NCBI GenBank assembly: GCA_028534125.1
Contig: CM052817.1
Location: 74,526,001-74,590,000, forward strand
DNA: 64,000 bases
Direction of reading: 5' to 3'
From: Lama glama
Taxonomy: Eukaryota
Of the stretch, positions 39,881 to 52,639 are shown piece by piece; the stretch's first letter is position 1; each line of letters opens with the position of its first letter. The notes below the pieces were generated by a model. That model saw nothing but the letters and a program-made list of their open reading frames with translations. It ran no database searches and was not told where the DNA came from. Both the position numbers and the translations under genes were made by a program.

Positions 39881-40129
39881 TTACCTCCTTTTTCTCATAA
39901 ATGTTCTAATTTCTCTTAAGAGAAAATTTAAAAAAAAAAAGACTCCTTTCATTGCAATGAAAAAAGTGAAAATTTTCAAAGAAGAAGGACCATTGAGATT
40001 GACTCAGTTCACATAAATCTAAACCAGAACTTGTAAAAGTAGATTTTGATCTCAGAAAAGGCAGAAAGCTTCGTGATGTTCTTATATTTTTGAACTACAT
40101 ACCTTCTTTTCTTTGCTTGGTGTAGTAAA

Positions 40130-40325
40130 AAAAAAGAGCATATACTTTGAAGGCAGACAGACTGAGATTTTGATCTCAACTTCAGAGCTAATAGCTCTGT
40201 CACCTGGGGCAAATAATTATACCTGCTTCATATGTTTCCTACCCTGTAATTTTCTTAGCATATTTATTAGGATTGTTGTATTAAATGAAATAATTGATAT
40301 GATATACATGGTATAATGCAGGCAA
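40130..40325. mobile_element. MIR SINE (others near 7470-7545, 13500-13680, 22450-22600, 35790-35990, 37800-37980, 51230-51390)
   Basis: ctttgaaggcagacagactgag...tagctctgtcacctggggcaa...aggattgttgtattaaatga. Confidence 0.65.
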
Positions 40326-41449
40326 ATAGATACATAAATTATTTCCTTCCCCTGACACACACACAGGCATGCATATCCATTTTTCTTACAATGTTAATTT
40401 ATTTAACATTATTTATTTAGTGTTAATTTATTTCACTTAATTACTAATTTAAAGAAAAGAATGTCAGGGAATTTAATTTTTGATTATGCTCTAGTCCTGT
40501 CCTATTTATTTAATGTAGGTATTTTGGCAGTTTGCTGACAATAGCAAAAAGCAACTCTGATGTATTTTTAAAAGGGGTAAAGTTGCAGAGACTGTGGTCA
40601 GAAAACTGGGTCAGAATTCCTAGATTTATTTTCTGTGGCTAATGTTGAGGTTGTACTGTGAATTTCTATAACACTGGTGCTCTTCCAAGACATGATTGTC
40701 TCAGCAAGTCAAATTTAATGTGCTTGAAAATATTATCCTTAGGATTACTACAGTACTTTTTAGGGTAAATTACTGAGTTATCATTTTTCATTTTGGGTGA
40801 AAATGTTGTGTTTCATTTATTATAGTTTTTCATATCAAAAGAATTTAAACTGCCTGAAAATCTGTTCTTGCTTTCTGTTCTCTGCATTTTCTGCAAGTGA
40901 GAAAATGTAATTGCAGTTAAGCCTAAATCATCTGAACATAACTCTTACACAGTCCATTCTGGGACTTCTGATTAAAACAGATGACAGAGGCTAAATTGTA
41001 TATAGATGTCTTTTGCTTAATGCATTAATTATTTTTACATATTTTTATAATTATTTAATAAGTATTTGGCAACTATAAAAATATATCATCTCTTCTATAT
41101 ATATGTTCATTTATGTAAATCTTTGGTCATGTTACATAACTCCAAATTTTATTACAAATACATAACATCAAGACCCAACAGGTATCATGCTGAAGAATGT
41201 TTTCTTTATTAAAGCACCAAAGTATTTCCTTAATCTTGCTTGAAAGGACTAAGTTTTAGGTATTAGTATCCTTGTCAAACTGTCAAGCAGTTACCAAAAT
41301 AGGAATCAAAAGATTACTGAGGCAGAGACAAAGTAGAATCTTTAAATGTTTATTAGGTGCAAAGTAAAAGATCCAAAGGGCTTGTTTCAAATAACATTTT
41401 GTAGCTTTATTTATTTTCTTTAACCTGAAAAATGTCTTGGAGATCTTCT

Positions 41450-41948
41450 AGTTCAACACCAACACGCCCTCCACCACCATCCTGCACCTTCCCTCTGCAG
41501 GAGCATGGTGTCCCACACCGGTGCCCCTAGGATCCCACATTCCAGCTCTGTGCACTCATCCCCCACCTTCTGAGTGCTTTCTTGTGACCTTTGGAGGGTT
41601 GCAGTGGCACCTTCTCACCTGTAGAGATTGCTGGATGTACAGAGAGTTCTTGGGACATGCTCTATTTCCGAAGCCCCCAAGGTCAATGACTGGTGCAGGA
41701 GTTCAAAAGCCCAGCTGCTTTTCATGCATAGTGTGATCTTACTATAGGTGTAATTTACACCTCAAAGCTCCTCTTTGTATCAAACCAATTTTTCTGAAAA
41801 TTCGCCTGTGCTTGGTTTGTCTTATTTCCCTTATTCTGCTCTCCTCACAGCCGAAAAATTTCTGATTACTCCTGGAAGCATGTATATTATATTCTTTCAT
41901 TGGAATCCTTGTCTTGGGTTGACTTTTGGAAGAACTTGCCCTATGACA
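41450..41948 (+). mobile_element. ERVL solo LTR (LTR16-like)
   Basis: gtgcccctaggatcccac...aggtcaatgactggtgcaggagt...gaatccttgtcttggg...tatgaca. Confidence 0.65.
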
Positions 41949-42085
41949 CTTCCTACAGCATTTTATAAAGAAATATATTAGACCTAAGCAGGTTAAGTGC
42001 CTAGATGCACTCATGAAATTTGCAAAGTGAGAGAGAGCAGAGGGTGCATATACTCAGTGCTTAAAAGGCGGCTCGGTCCTTAGAG

Positions 42086-42265
42086 CAGAGATTTAATTGC
42101 AGATGCCCATTAGCATCGCATAGGGAGCTTTTTAAAAAAAACACTGATGCAAAAGCCACATTCTATACATATTAAGTAAGAACGTCTCTAGGGGTGGGGG
42201 CATGGCAGCAATATTTTTAAAGTCCCCAGGTGATTCTAGTGTGCAGCCAGCATTGAAAACCCCTG
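42086..42265. mobile_element. MER5-type hAT MITE
   Basis: cattagcatcgcatagggagctttttaaaa...ccccaggtgattctagtgtgcagccagcattgaaaacccctg. Confidence 0.75.
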
Positions 42266-45164
42266 CTATGGAGTTAAAACACATGGTAATATTTTTAACA
42301 TAAGTGGTGAAATAGAAGTAGAGTTGGGTAAGGAATAATAAACAAGGTGAATGTGAATTTGGCAGTGTTAGAATATTTCTGTTTATTCTTTCTGATCTGA
42401 TAGGGAAACAGGAACAGATACGTCTTTTAAAACAAAGTTTACAATTTTGCATGGCATGAATAAATGAGTACAGCAGGCAAGAATACTCTTTTTTACAAAA
42501 CTTTCCTTTACTGCTTGATATTGAACATGTAGAAAGTCTATGCTTCCACCATATGCTCCTCCCCTCTCTCACACCCACCTTATTTTGAAATACATAGCCA
42601 TCTCTGCTGATACTTTTTTTCCCCTATTTTTGACAGAGTATCAATATCAGAACATTTTTTAAATGTTCATCTATAAAACCATTAGGCAACAGACACTTGT
42701 CCTCAGGCCAGCAGAAGCAATAGGAAGACAGAAATGCCCTAAAACCATGAGGACAAGCTACAGCATAGCACCAGCTGAGTATCGTCTTTTGGGGATTAAG
42801 GGCCAGTATTGCCGGAAATTTGATTTTTTAAAAGGCCAGCTATTTAGATTTTGTGGGAATTCACATATACTTAAATGTTGACAAATAATTTTATTTCAAG
42901 TTTAAGAAGCTGTGATGACCAACATGGTCATCTGAATAACTGCAATAAATTTGTGTGATGGATTTTTCCTGCAGGTCACCAGTTTTTCACTTCTGATTTA
43001 TAGTATATTTGTAAATCTATATTTTTGAAAATGTTAATTTAATTCAGAATTTTATTTCACATTGCTTTACCACCTAATTTTCAGTGATCTGTAAATTTTA
43101 TTAGCTTTATACGATTCAATATTGCTTCTCTTCACACTAGATATTTATTTATGTATGCTTATGGGGACATCATTTGATATATACACATGAAAGTGAATGT
43201 GCACATATATTATTAGTTTACATAAATTCAAAGATTAAATTTCCATCACAGTCTTCTGGATGGGAATATTCCAATAACACTTACGTAGGTTCTAATAAGG
43301 TCAGACTAAAAATGTTTTAGTGGGATTGTATTTTTTTATTGAGGCCACATTTCTTATATTCTTTTCCCTTCCTGTTTCACAGAGCTTCTTGCTAATCAGT
43401 AATCTGTAGCTGTTCAATGTATATTTGCAGAAACGCTGTGTTTATGTGAGTTTGTGGGGTGAGAACATATAAGAGAAAATTAGGATCTAAAAATTTAAAC
43501 ATCTGTAGTCTCTATAAATCAAAATGTGAACCAAGGAGAGAGTTGTATCTCTGAAACACCTTGTCAAAGGAAAAAATACAAAAAATGCTTTCTAGACTTC
43601 TAAATGTAGTCAGAGCCCAGAGAAAAGGTACACAGTGAGAATCTTTAGCTGTAGAAGAAAAATGAGACAATGACTTTTCATGTCTACATATTTATCATTG
43701 ATATCCAATTAAATATCACAATATTGGAAATTTGGAGCTCAGGGTGGAAGCAAGATAGGATGACAAATTTTTTATAAGCCTATCACATGAATAAATGATT
43801 TACTTTGCAAGAAAAAACTTAATGTCTGAAAAGAAAAAGAATAGGAAAGGGAAGGATGGAAAGGCTTGTTAAAGGCCAGCTCTTGCTTAATTAGCAATCA
43901 GAGATGGAACAACAAATATGAAGGCCTGAACAATCTTTTGTGTCCATTAATAAATGTCTGAGTGGAATGGGAACATAAAGATAATTACGGCAGGAGGTAT
44001 ACATCATTATAGTAGGTGTGCTTCAAGATAGCAAGAAGAGCCCTACTGGAGAGAGGTTTATAAAATAGGTGCCATAGCATTTTGAATTCGTACAAAATGT
44101 TAAATAATAATCTAATTTATGAGATGTCACAAAGAAGTGTAGGATTTTACAAAAAGAGATGTGTAAGTGCTATGAGTTCACAGGACAAAGGAAGTTCATG
44201 AAAAGAAGTAAGATGAGTTCTGTACCACCTCAGTTGAAGTGTTAAACATTTTTAGGTCAAACCCAGGATGCTAATCTTAATTCTCTTTTGTTTTAGTGAA
44301 TATCTTTGCTTAGGTTGATACTCAGTTCTTGTTATAGGCTATCTCTTGTCCTGTCAAGTGATTTGTAGTCTATTAAGAGTTCTGTTGTTCTCCATTTCTG
44401 TTTAAAATAGCAGGACAGGAATTTTGATTGTTGCCAGTAAACGTCTATTTATTTTCTTTTCCTTCACGTTCTTTCTTTCATTAGTTCCCCCTCTTCTCAT
44501 CTTCCAGAATTTTCTTACAAAATGATGCTACTTAGGAATGAAGCCTTTGTATTCCTAACTGCTCTGGAAGAGGTGATTATTTAACCATATTACATAATTT
44601 TGGAAAATAAAAAAATAAGCATAATTAGTCATATATTTATGCAAGTTCTTTAACATCAGATAGATTTTTAGAAAAATAAATATAAAATCATGGCTGTGTA
44701 GTATTTGAATATTAACTTAATTAAAATTTTATACCATTTTTAACATACATATTGACCATTAGCTATACTGGGTGTAAAAGTTATTAACAATAGACTTACC
44801 TTTGCATGTTTAGAGTGTTACATATATTTGTATAAGACAGTTCATTTTCATTTTTTAAATAGGAAATAAAAGGTAATACCTGACCACAAATTTTTTTGGT
44901 TTTGGTTCATATAAAAACATATTAACTGCATAAGACCTATAATTGCTATCACCGTCTTTTCCATGTTCTCTTTGTTTTTCTTGTTCTTCTCATCCTCTTC
45001 CTCTTCCTCCTATTTTTCTTTTCTTTTTTCATCATTTCATTTCATAACAAGAAAGATATCATGGGGTCTACTTCCAACAATAAAAAGGATGTGCATTTGT
45101 CTGGGATATTCTCTGTAAAAAAACAATATTTTACATAAAATAGTTCTACATGCATTTTAAAAAT

Positions 45165-45660
45165 GTGGAATAGACATACAATGGAATATTCATGATAAAA
45201 AAGAAGGAAATCCTGCCATTTGTGACAACAGGATGAAACTTAAGAGCGTTATGCCAAGGAAATGTCAGACAAAGATACTGTTTGGTGTTACTTATATGTG
45301 GACTCTAAAATACATAGATAGAGTAGACTGGAGCTGGGGATGGGGGAAATAAGATGTTGGTCAAAGGGTAAGGAACTTCCAGTTGTAAAATAAATAAGTT
45401 GTTAGGATCCAATGTACAGTGTGGTGACTGTAGTTGACAATACTAGATTGAATACTTGAAAGTTGCTAAGAGAAGATATCTTAAATGTTTTTACCACGCA
45501 CAAGCACACAAAGGTAATTATGTGTGATGATAACTAATCGTAACTAATCTTACTGTGGTAACAGTTTCACAAAATATTTGTGTATCAGATCATCATGTTA
45601 TACACCTTAAACTTACAGAGTGTTTTATGTCAGTTATATTCAGTAAAGCTGGAGGAAGGG
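45165..45660 (+). mobile_element. 5'-truncated L1MA-type 3' end
   Basis: aaaaagaaggaaatcctgccatttgtgacaaca...ttgaaagttgctaagaga...cagtaaagctgg; AAAAATGTG at both ends (possible TSD). Confidence 0.85.
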
Positions 45661-46129
45661 AGAAAAATGTGCCTTTTAATAATACTCATAATTCATAGCA
45701 GAAAATAAGAGTAATATGCAACTATACTAATTTAAACAAATAAGGAAGGATAAGGAAGAAGTCATAGCAACAGGCTTTAGACTGTGAGCAAGAAGAAAAT
45801 TTCACAAAGACTAAAAATCTGCATATGACTAATAGATCAAATGAAGAATTAAATAATATAGTAGTAGAAACCTAAAACACCCATAAATGCAAAGTGGTTT
45901 TAGGAGGTAGAAGATTCAGGATTTGGCTTATTTAATAAAATGAATTATAGTGAATTATATTGATAATTACATATATACATTTCATCTGGCATTTAGATAA
46001 ATATTCATGGATTGATAATTCCTATACATTAGTAATATGAAAAATAATACTAAGCATAAAAATTACATTTTGCAATTATAGATACCATATCCACTATGTT
46101 TAAATAGCAGGAAGAATAATTATGATCAT

Positions 46130-46313
46130 ATAGTTTTACCTTAATTTTGTTATCTTACTTTATATATTCAGTATTAAATGCTTTATTCATTTTCTTTATT
46201 TTCTCATTTGGTTTTCATTTTCTTTGAGGTATATGTGTATTAGTATGTGTTCTCCATTTGATAATCCTTAAATTTTTTTTATTGTGATAAAAACCACAAA
46301 ACATAAAACATAT
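46130..46313 (+). repeat. Left arm of 184/185-bp inverted duplication
   Basis: Reverse complement of 51900-52084, identical apart from one 1-nt indel in the T tract. Confidence 0.97.
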
Positions 46314-49300
46314 CACCCTAACCTTATTAACCATTTTAAATTAGAAGTAGTGGTATCTATTTTGTCCATTGTTGCACAACAGGTCTCTAGAACTGTTTCA
46401 TTTTATAAAACTGAAAATCTATGTCCATTGAACAAAAGTTCCACGTTTTCCTTTCCCCCAAGCCCCTGGCAACCACCATTTTACTTTCTATTTATAAGAG
46501 TTTGACTATTCTAAATACTTGATATAAATAGAGTTATAAATATTAATCTAGTATTTGTCTTTTTATGACTGGCTTATTTTACTTAGTGTAATATCTGCAA
46601 AGTTTATTCATGTAGTCATATGTGGCAGTATTTCCTTTCTTCTTAAGACTAAATGATATCCTATTGTATCTAACATCTTTTCTTTATCCATTCATCTGTC
46701 TATGGATATTTAAGGTGTTTCCACACTTTGGCATCTATTAATAATGTTGGAATAAACATGGGGGTGCTAATATTTCTTCAAGATCTTGATTTCAATTTTT
46801 GGGGGGATAATAATCCAGAAGTGGGATTGCTGGATCTTACGGTAGTTGTATTTGTAATTTTTTGAGGAAACTTCATACTGTTTTCCATAATGGCTGCACT
46901 ATTTTACATCCCCACAAACACTGCACAATGGTTCTGGCTTCTCCACATCCTCATCAACACTTGCTATTGTCTGTCTTTTAATAACGTCATCCTAACTGGT
47001 GTGAGGTAAAATCAAACTATGGTTTAGACTTTAATTTTCCTAATGATTAGTGATGTTGATTATCTTTACCTATGATTACTGGACATTTGTATTTCTTCTT
47101 TGGAGAAATGTTTATTCAAATTCTTTGCCCATTTTTAAATGAAATTTTTGTTTGCTTGTTTTTGAGTTATGGAAGGTTCTTTATATATTCTGGATATAAC
47201 CCCTTATCAGATATATGGTTTGCAAATACTTTCTCCCACTCCAGAGGTTGCCTTTTCACCCTGCTGATTATTTCCTTTGCTGCACAGAATCTTTTTAGTT
47301 TTATGTGGCTCCATATGCCTGTTTTTGCTTTTGTTTCCTGTAGTTTTGGTGTCATATCCAAGAAATCACTGCTAAATTTAATATCATGAAGCTTTCCCCT
47401 ATGTTTTCTTCTAAGAGTTCTTTAGTTCAGGTCTCATGTTTAAGTCTTAAATCAATTATAAGTTAATTGTTGCATATAATATAAGGTAAGAACTCAACTT
47501 CATTTTTTTACATGTGGATATCCAGTTTTCCCATCACTGTTTATGGAAGAGACTATCTTTTCTCCGTTGATAGTGTCAGCAATTTTCCAAAGATCATTTA
47601 ACCATATATGTGAGAATTTACTTCTGGGTTCTGTATGTTGTTCCATTGGCAAATGTGTTTTCTTTATGCCAGTGGTATACTATCTTTCTTAGATTACCTT
47701 AAGAGTTTGTCAATTTTGCTGATTTTTTCAAGGAAACAACTCTTAGGTTTATTGATTTTTTTCTATTTTCTTATAATTTCTATGCTGTTATTTATTATTT
47801 CATTCCTTCTGACATTGGCTTTAGTTAGCTCTTCATTTTCTAGTTGCCTGATGTGTAAAGTTTGGTTGTTTATTTAAGATCTTTCTTCTTTTTTAATGTA
47901 TTTACCAGTATAAACTTCCTCTTAATACTTCTTTTGCGATATCCCCTAAGTTCTGATATGCTGTATTTATTTTTATTTTCATTGTCTTCAGATATTTTTT
48001 AATTTTCCTCATGATTCTTCTTTGACCCACTGGTTGTTCAAAAGTGTGTTGTTTAATTCTCATATATTTGTGAATTTTCCAATTTTACTTTGATATTGAT
48101 TTCTAGTATTCACTGTGATTGGAAAGGATCACATGGTATGATTTCAATATTCTTACATGTGTTGAGATTAGTTTTGTGACTTAACACACGATCCATCCTG
48201 GAAATTGTCCCACATATGCTTGAGAAGAATGTTTGTTCTGCTGTCTTTGTGTAGAGTGCTCTGTATATGTCTGTCAGGTCTAATTGGTCTATGGTGTTGT
48301 TCCAGTCTTCAAGTTGTTTCCTTGTTAATCTTCTGTCTGGTTGATCTATCCCTGATTGAAAGTGGAATATTGAAATCTCTTACTATTATCATTTTACTAT
48401 CTATTTCTCCCTTCAAGTCTGTCAGAGTTCGCTTCATATATTTGGGTACTCTGCTGTTAGATGCATATATAACAATTTATAATTGTTGTATCTTCCTACT
48501 GTACTGATACTATCATTATATAGTATCTTTGCTATGACAGTTTTTGACTTAAAATCTATTTTGTCTGATATAAGTATGGCCACTTCTGCTCTCTTTCGAT
48601 TTCTATTTGTATGAAATATCTTTTTCCAGCCTTTCACTTTCAGCCTGTTTTCATTCTTATATCTAAAGTGAGTCTCTTTTAAGCAGCATATAGCTGGACA
48701 TTGTTTGTTTTTTTTTTTAAATCCATTTAGCCACTGTCTTTTGATTGAGGAGTCTGATCTATTTACATTTAAAGTGATTACTGATAGCAAAGAACTTACT
48801 ATTGCCATTTTGTTAATTGTGTTTGTCTTATAGTTATTTTGTACGTATTTTCCCCTCTTGCTACCTTCGTGTTTTATTGATTTTTCTGTAGTGGCATGCT
48901 TTGATTCCTTTCTCATTTTCTTTTGTGCAAATTCTATAGGTATTTTCTTTAAATGGTTACCATGGGAATTAAATATTCTTTAGTTCTAGACTTTCTGTTT
49001 GGTTCTGTTTTATAGCTTTTATCTCTTTGCTGATAATTCTCATTTTGTGAATGTGTAGTTACCCTGATTTGCTTAGTTGTCTATCCATGTTCCCTTGTGG
49101 TATATTGAGCTTCTTTAAGAAAATTATATGCAATACTTGTCAGGTAATTCATATATCTCTGATTCTGTAAGGTCAGTTTCTGAAAATTTATTTGGTTTCT
49201 TTGACTGGGCCATGTTTTTCTGTTTCTTCATGTGTCCTGTTATATTTTGTTGGATTTTGTGTTTGGAAAAACACCCATCTTTCCCAGTCTTTATGAACTG

Positions 49301-49820
49301 GCTTCATAGAGGAAAATACCTTCACCAGTTAGCCCAGCTAAAGATTCTGGGGGCCTCTCACACCCTTTGTGGACATGCACTGTCTCTGGGCTTGGGCATT
49401 TAGCTTCCAAACTGGAGAGTCTGGACAGTTTCTTTGTCAGGAGCTGGTCATCTCTTACTTCACCTGGTGTCTTTCTGTAGTACTGCAGGTTCTCTGGCAC
49501 TACTACAAGCTACTCTTTTGTTCTCAATGGCCCCCATGCTTACAAAGCATGTCAGTTCCTCATTCCAGAGTCAGGTCAGAAACTAGACCCTTGGGCAACT
49601 CCCGGTAAAGTCCGAACATTGGACACTTGGTCTGCTTTTCTCTTTTTCTCCCATGGATAAGCTGCAAAGTGGTCTCCCCCCACCCCCACCCCACCCCCTG
49701 CTCCATCATAGCAGGCAGCTCACTTCTATCTGCAGTATTATAAGTTCTCTGGTGCTGCCAAAGGCCACTAAGCTCTTTTGTACTTTCTTGTTCTCATCCA
49801 AAGTATGCCGGTACCAAGTC
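46272..49820 (-). mobile_element. L1MA/MB-type element with large internal deletions (3' UTR, ORF2 end, endonuclease region, ORF1 part, 5' UTR)
   Basis: ORF 48434-48916 has endonuclease motifs (ITLNVN, ICCLKETH, AILISDKIDFK); ORF 47167-47361 has RVKRQPLEWEKVFANHISDKGL; poly-T at 46273-46280. Confidence 0.92.
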
Positions 49821-49829
49821 AATTCTTAG

Positions 49830-51000
49830 AGGCTGTTTTTGGTTCCTTCAGAGTTACTCTTTGTAACTCTGGCTAATATACTTACCTATGTATTTATTTA
49901 TAAATTAGAATCCCTTTGAATTCCTGACACAGAAGAAAATGAATTGCATTTATGCTTTGTTCTAATCATCTGTCATACAGTTCCAAATTTTCATTAGTCA
50001 ATCATTTTACATTTTAATGTTCATAATACAATAGTTTGTCCCACAAACCACAATTTCTGTAAGTTTGGCCTTCATCCAAAATTTAAGTTATCAATGCCTT
50101 TTTCACTTCTTCATTTATAATGTGACTTCATCATTTTAGTTACTTATTTTGATGCAAGTCCTGATTAATTTTGCCATCAAGTATTGTATTTTGACATTCA
50201 ATAATGATACAAGTGCTAAATGTCTTAAGTCGTTTTGTGTTTCATAACGTCTGTTGTCTATATTGGAATAATAGCTTGTTTAGTTATATAATTAGTTGAT
50301 TGCCATTTCTTTCCACTGTGTCTTCTAGACTTATGACCCCATCTTCTAGCACTGAAGAAGTCTGGGGCCAGTCTGCTTTTCCCTCCATAACTGCCTCACC
50401 ATTTTTCTGTATAAACTCTCTCCTTGAGGTATGACAATTTCATCAAGGTATTTCCAGGGATTAGTTTCTCTTTATCCGTTTTTCCTGGAACACAACTTGC
50501 CTTATTTCAAAAATGCTCCTTTTATAATACAGTTAACTGTCTTATTGCTTTTTTTTTTTTTGCTCTGCTTTCTTTAGGGAAAAAAAGCATAAATTGAATA
50601 CATTTTGTCTATCTTTCATACACCTCAATTCATCTGTAATCACTTTTATTTTCTATATTTAAATAGTTTTAATGACAATTTACAAAATTCCTCCATTTCC
50701 TTAACAATTTTTCAGCAGATTTAATTCTATTTTTTCTGCTTTTAAGATGACTTCTATTTTTGTGATGCCCTTACTGTAACTTTTATTATTTCCCAACATC
50801 TGGGAGATCCTCTTTCACTCTCTCCTATTGTCTGTTCTTTCATCTAGTCCATTCATGTCTTCTTTGATTATTACCTCTTATTAGAAATCATTTTCAATTT
50901 TAAATGTACGTTCTCATTAACCTTTCTTTTTATTTAATCTTCAGTTCGTTTTCTTTTCTTCCTTTCATTTTGTAGTATCGTATGTAACTCCCTGCTTATG
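49830..51000 (-). mobile_element. Older L1 (L1ME-like) inter-ORF/ORF1 remnant
   Basis: ttccactgtgtcttctagac...gaagaagtctggggccagtctg, an antisense ORF1-like pattern. Confidence 0.5.
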
Positions 51001-51899
51001 TTTGAGCTCATTACTCAAACAGTTATTTCATCTGGGCTAGTCATCTACTTAAGACTGTTTTAGGGCAAGGCCAGTAGAGGTAACTGGTCATTTTAATTAA
51101 TTTTAATTTGAATATATCTGCCCCAGTTCACTTATTCTAGTAAGTTTTCCTCTATATCCTTGGGATATGGCATTCACTGGGAGTGGGGGATACTCTAAAG
51201 ACATGCTACTATCTTCAGTTGGAATCCTGGCAATCCACTTGTCAGCCATGTGATAGAAAGTCATTTAACTTTGCTGTGCCTCAGTATTCTGGTCCCTAAA
51301 ATTGGGATAAGAATGACAATACCCACTTTGTAGGGTGGTTGAGAAGCTTAAATGGGTGAGTACATGTATAGTGTTTAAAATGGTGATTGGCTTTTTTTTT
51401 TTGCCTAATTGATTTTGATCTAGGAGACCATCTCCTCTCTTCACCATGTGGCTACTGATCCTTTTATATTCGTATTCTAATGATTTGATTAAAGTACTTT
51501 TAATTTTTAATTAATTTATGTTCCTAATTGATAGAATATTTCTAATCTATTCCAGACTAGGTAGGATATAAGTAAAAAGGAATAAATAATTGAATTTTTT
51601 AAAAAGATAAAATTGTAAGCATGGGGTACATATATGGGATTGCTCAGTATTTTTTCTTCCCTTTTTTATATTAATTAATGTCCCATTTTAATATTAAAAT
51701 TTGAGAGCAACCTAGCATCACTGTATTTATTCCCCCAAAATAAGAAACTATTTTATCTTTCTCAGGAGACTCATGGGGGAAACAAGCTGTATCCCCACAA
51801 TGTTTAACCAAAATGAGGCAGCTACAAGCAGGGCAGACCACCAGTCCCCGCTCCTGACACGTGAGGTTGAATAAAGAGAGAGTGTACCACCCCAGTGTC

Positions 51900-52084
51900 A
51901 TATGTTTTATGTTTTGTGGTTTTTATCACAATAAAAAAACATTTAAGGATTATCAAATGGAGAACACATACTAATACACATATACCTCAAAGAAAATGAA
52001 AACCAAATGAGAAAATAAAGAAAATGAATAAAGCATTTAATACTGAATATATAAAGTAAGATAACAAAATTAAGGTAAAACTAT
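51900..52084 (-). repeat. Right arm of 184/185-bp inverted duplication
   Basis: Reverse complement of 46130-46313. Confidence 0.97.
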
Positions 52085-52620
52085 TTGCTGTTTTAAGTTT
52101 CAAAATGATATAAACATATTTTTAAAAAGAAAAATTCTCTGAATCAAAATCAATATCTGATTACCATAAAAAAAGTACATCTACAATAAAATAATTGAGA
52201 AAAAATTGAAAGCAAAAGGATGTGCAAAAGCATTCTAAGCAAATGCAAACACAAATAAATTAGCAATGAAGATACTTTTCACAAAGTAAAAATGAAGATT
52301 AAAATATCTTACAAGTGGTCCTGAAAACAAACTGTGAAGATCTTGCTTGATCATTCATCTAGTTAATAACATAGCCTCAAATTTCATAAATCAAGAACTA
52401 GATAAAATACAAGGCAAAAAATCCATAGAAAAACAACAGTTACATGAAACTTTATCACATGAGCCCATGACGAACAGACAGTATGAATATAGAAGAGCAA
52501 ATAAGCATGAATAATAAAGTAGATTTTAGATAGCCATATGTATTTATGTACTTGGATATTTCAAAAGCAGAAAACTGACCACTTTAGGCCACAAAAATAA
52601 AGACCAAAGAGTTGAAATAG
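52085..52620 (+). mobile_element. Older L1 ORF2 endonuclease-region remnant
   Basis: ttgaaagcaaaaggatgtgcaaaagcattctaagcaaatgcaaac; aataacatagcctcaaatttcataaatcaa. Confidence 0.55.
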
Positions 52621-52639
52621 GACGTTTTATTTTCATCAA

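Noticed and set aside
46130..52084. Inverted repeats as terminal repeats of a DNA transposon
   Set aside because: No transposase and no TSD; the arms include part of an L1 tail junction, so they are copied local sequence.
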